From Camelus dromedarius (taxonomy: Eukaryota), in NCBI RefSeq assembly GCF_036321535.1, contig NC_087436.1:113090001-113154000 (forward strand): a stretch of 64,000 bases of DNA. The letters run 5' to 3'. Position numbers and translations under genes: made by a program. This document shows, in pieces, positions 62,740-64,000 of this stretch (positions are counted from its first letter, which is position 1; each line of letters starts with the position of its first letter). The notes under the pieces were generated by a model that worked only from the letters and a program-made list of their open reading frames with translations, was not told the origin of the DNA and did no database searches.

Positions 62740-63055
62740 TCAGCTCAGTATCGTCCAACCCTGGACCTTTGTACTCTCTCTCTCACAGCCCAGGGAGTGG
62801 AAGCCTGGAACGATGTTTCTCAGAATCCCTTGCAGTCAGGGTCCTGGATCCCAGCCAGCCAACCAGGGCGCTCACAGGGATGTGGAGGGCAGAAAGGACT
62901 GAGAGGATATTCTTTGGCGGCAGTTGCAGGCAGAGTGAGGACAGTCAACTGATGATGAGCTCCTGGAATCACACATTAGTGTGGCTTCCTAGCAATCCTG
63001 CACTTCTGGGTTTCCCTCAAAAGAGCATGGTTTTTCTCCAATTGTTGGTTCCATA
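62740..63055. mobile_element. LTR33-like ERVL LTR fragment
   Basis: tttctcagaatcccttgcagtcagggtcctggat...gatgtggagggcagaa. Confidence 0.45.
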
Positions 63056-63059
63056 GCCC

Positions 63060-63770
63060 CCTTTTTAAAAAACTGTTTTATTTGGAAATGATTTTACGTG
63101 AGTTAATTAGTATATGTAATATACTAACATATATGATCATCAATACTATTAGTTATTGATAATTAATGTATCATTATATACAATTATAATTCACAGGAAG
63201 CTGCAAAAATTGCATAAAACCAAATAAAAACTAGCCTCCCTCACTGTAATAGGATATCAAAACTAGAAATTGGCATCAGAGAAATAGTATTAACTAAATA
63301 CAGAACTTACTCAGATTTTAGCAGTTTTTGCATGGATTCATTTGTGTGTTGTGTAGTTCGATGCAATTGAATCCTACGTGTAGATTCTGTATAGTTCTTT
63401 CAATGTTTGCTTAAGGCTTTGATTTCTCATCTTAAAATCCCTACCTAGAGTGATTTTTTTCTAACTGAATCTTGATTGGTATGACTGATCATTTCCTGGT
63501 GTCATCTCATATTTAAAGACTTGTGGTCAAGTTTTGTTTCTTACATTCCATTCCAATCATTCATTTATTCAATTAAAATATTGCTCATTGGTAATTTCTT
63601 CCAACTGCTTTTTTACCCATTGTCTTTGCCAGGGCACTGTCTCGCTACCTATAATTTATTGCAACAGATTTTTAGCTATTTCTTGGGCTTTTCATTGCTA
63701 CATTCTCAAAGTCATCCGTATCATAGTGGATCAAAAATGCAATACTATTTCAATCGTATGTAAATTATGG
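63060..63770 (-). mobile_element. Old L1 (L1MC/MD/ME) fragments
   Basis: ttttatttggaaatgatttt...cacaggaagctgcaaaaat...atatcaaaactagaaattggcat. Confidence 0.55.
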
Positions 63771-63779
63771 TAAAATAAT

Positions 63780-64000
63780 TTACATGTGATGAGACAGGAA
63801 ACAAAAAATAAGGGATATAGAAATTGGATTGGAGGAAGCAAACATGTACAACAGATAATAAAATTGTATACCTAAACAGTGCAAGCACTTTAAAAAGGCT
63901 ATTAGAAATAATGTACCTTCAATATGGTTGCCAGATAAAAAAATAAAAACAGTAAAAATAGCTTTACTACATTCTCAAATAATCAGATAGTGAATAGAAT
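63780..64000 (+). mobile_element. Old L1 ORF2 fragment
   Basis: gagacaggaaacaaaaaataagggatatagaaattgg...ggctattagaaataat. Confidence 0.55.

Overview
Mammalian genomic DNA, most likely camelid (camel/alpaca/llama). The assignment rests on a tRNA-Ala-derived Vic-1-type SINE at 41346-41521 and artiodactyl-type L1 3' ends. The window is essentially intronic/intergenic and dominated by interspersed repeats: ancient L2, MIR, L1M/HAL1, MLT/MER/LTR78 LTRs and hAT MERs, plus younger lineage L1s with readable target-site duplications (TSDs). No known protein-coding gene or RNA gene could be recognised, and the supplied ORFs are repeat-derived or chance. Best non-repeat signal: a candidate minus-strand first coding exon (60280-60438; MLLKRIRKLL..., consensus GTAAGT donor) beside an IRF/kB-like motif cluster, with a well-formed 29-nt candidate exon at 51998-52026. 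Other points of interest: a MER41-like solo LTR carrying a STAT GAS site, two twin-primed (5'-inverted) L1 insertions, an internally deleted L1, an L1 fragment lacking tail and TSD, and a long L2 that keeps its endonuclease region and hosts three nested LTRs. I found no convincing novel multi-gene system. Repeat family names come from recall of consensus sequences, and boundaries are approximate unless a TSD is given.
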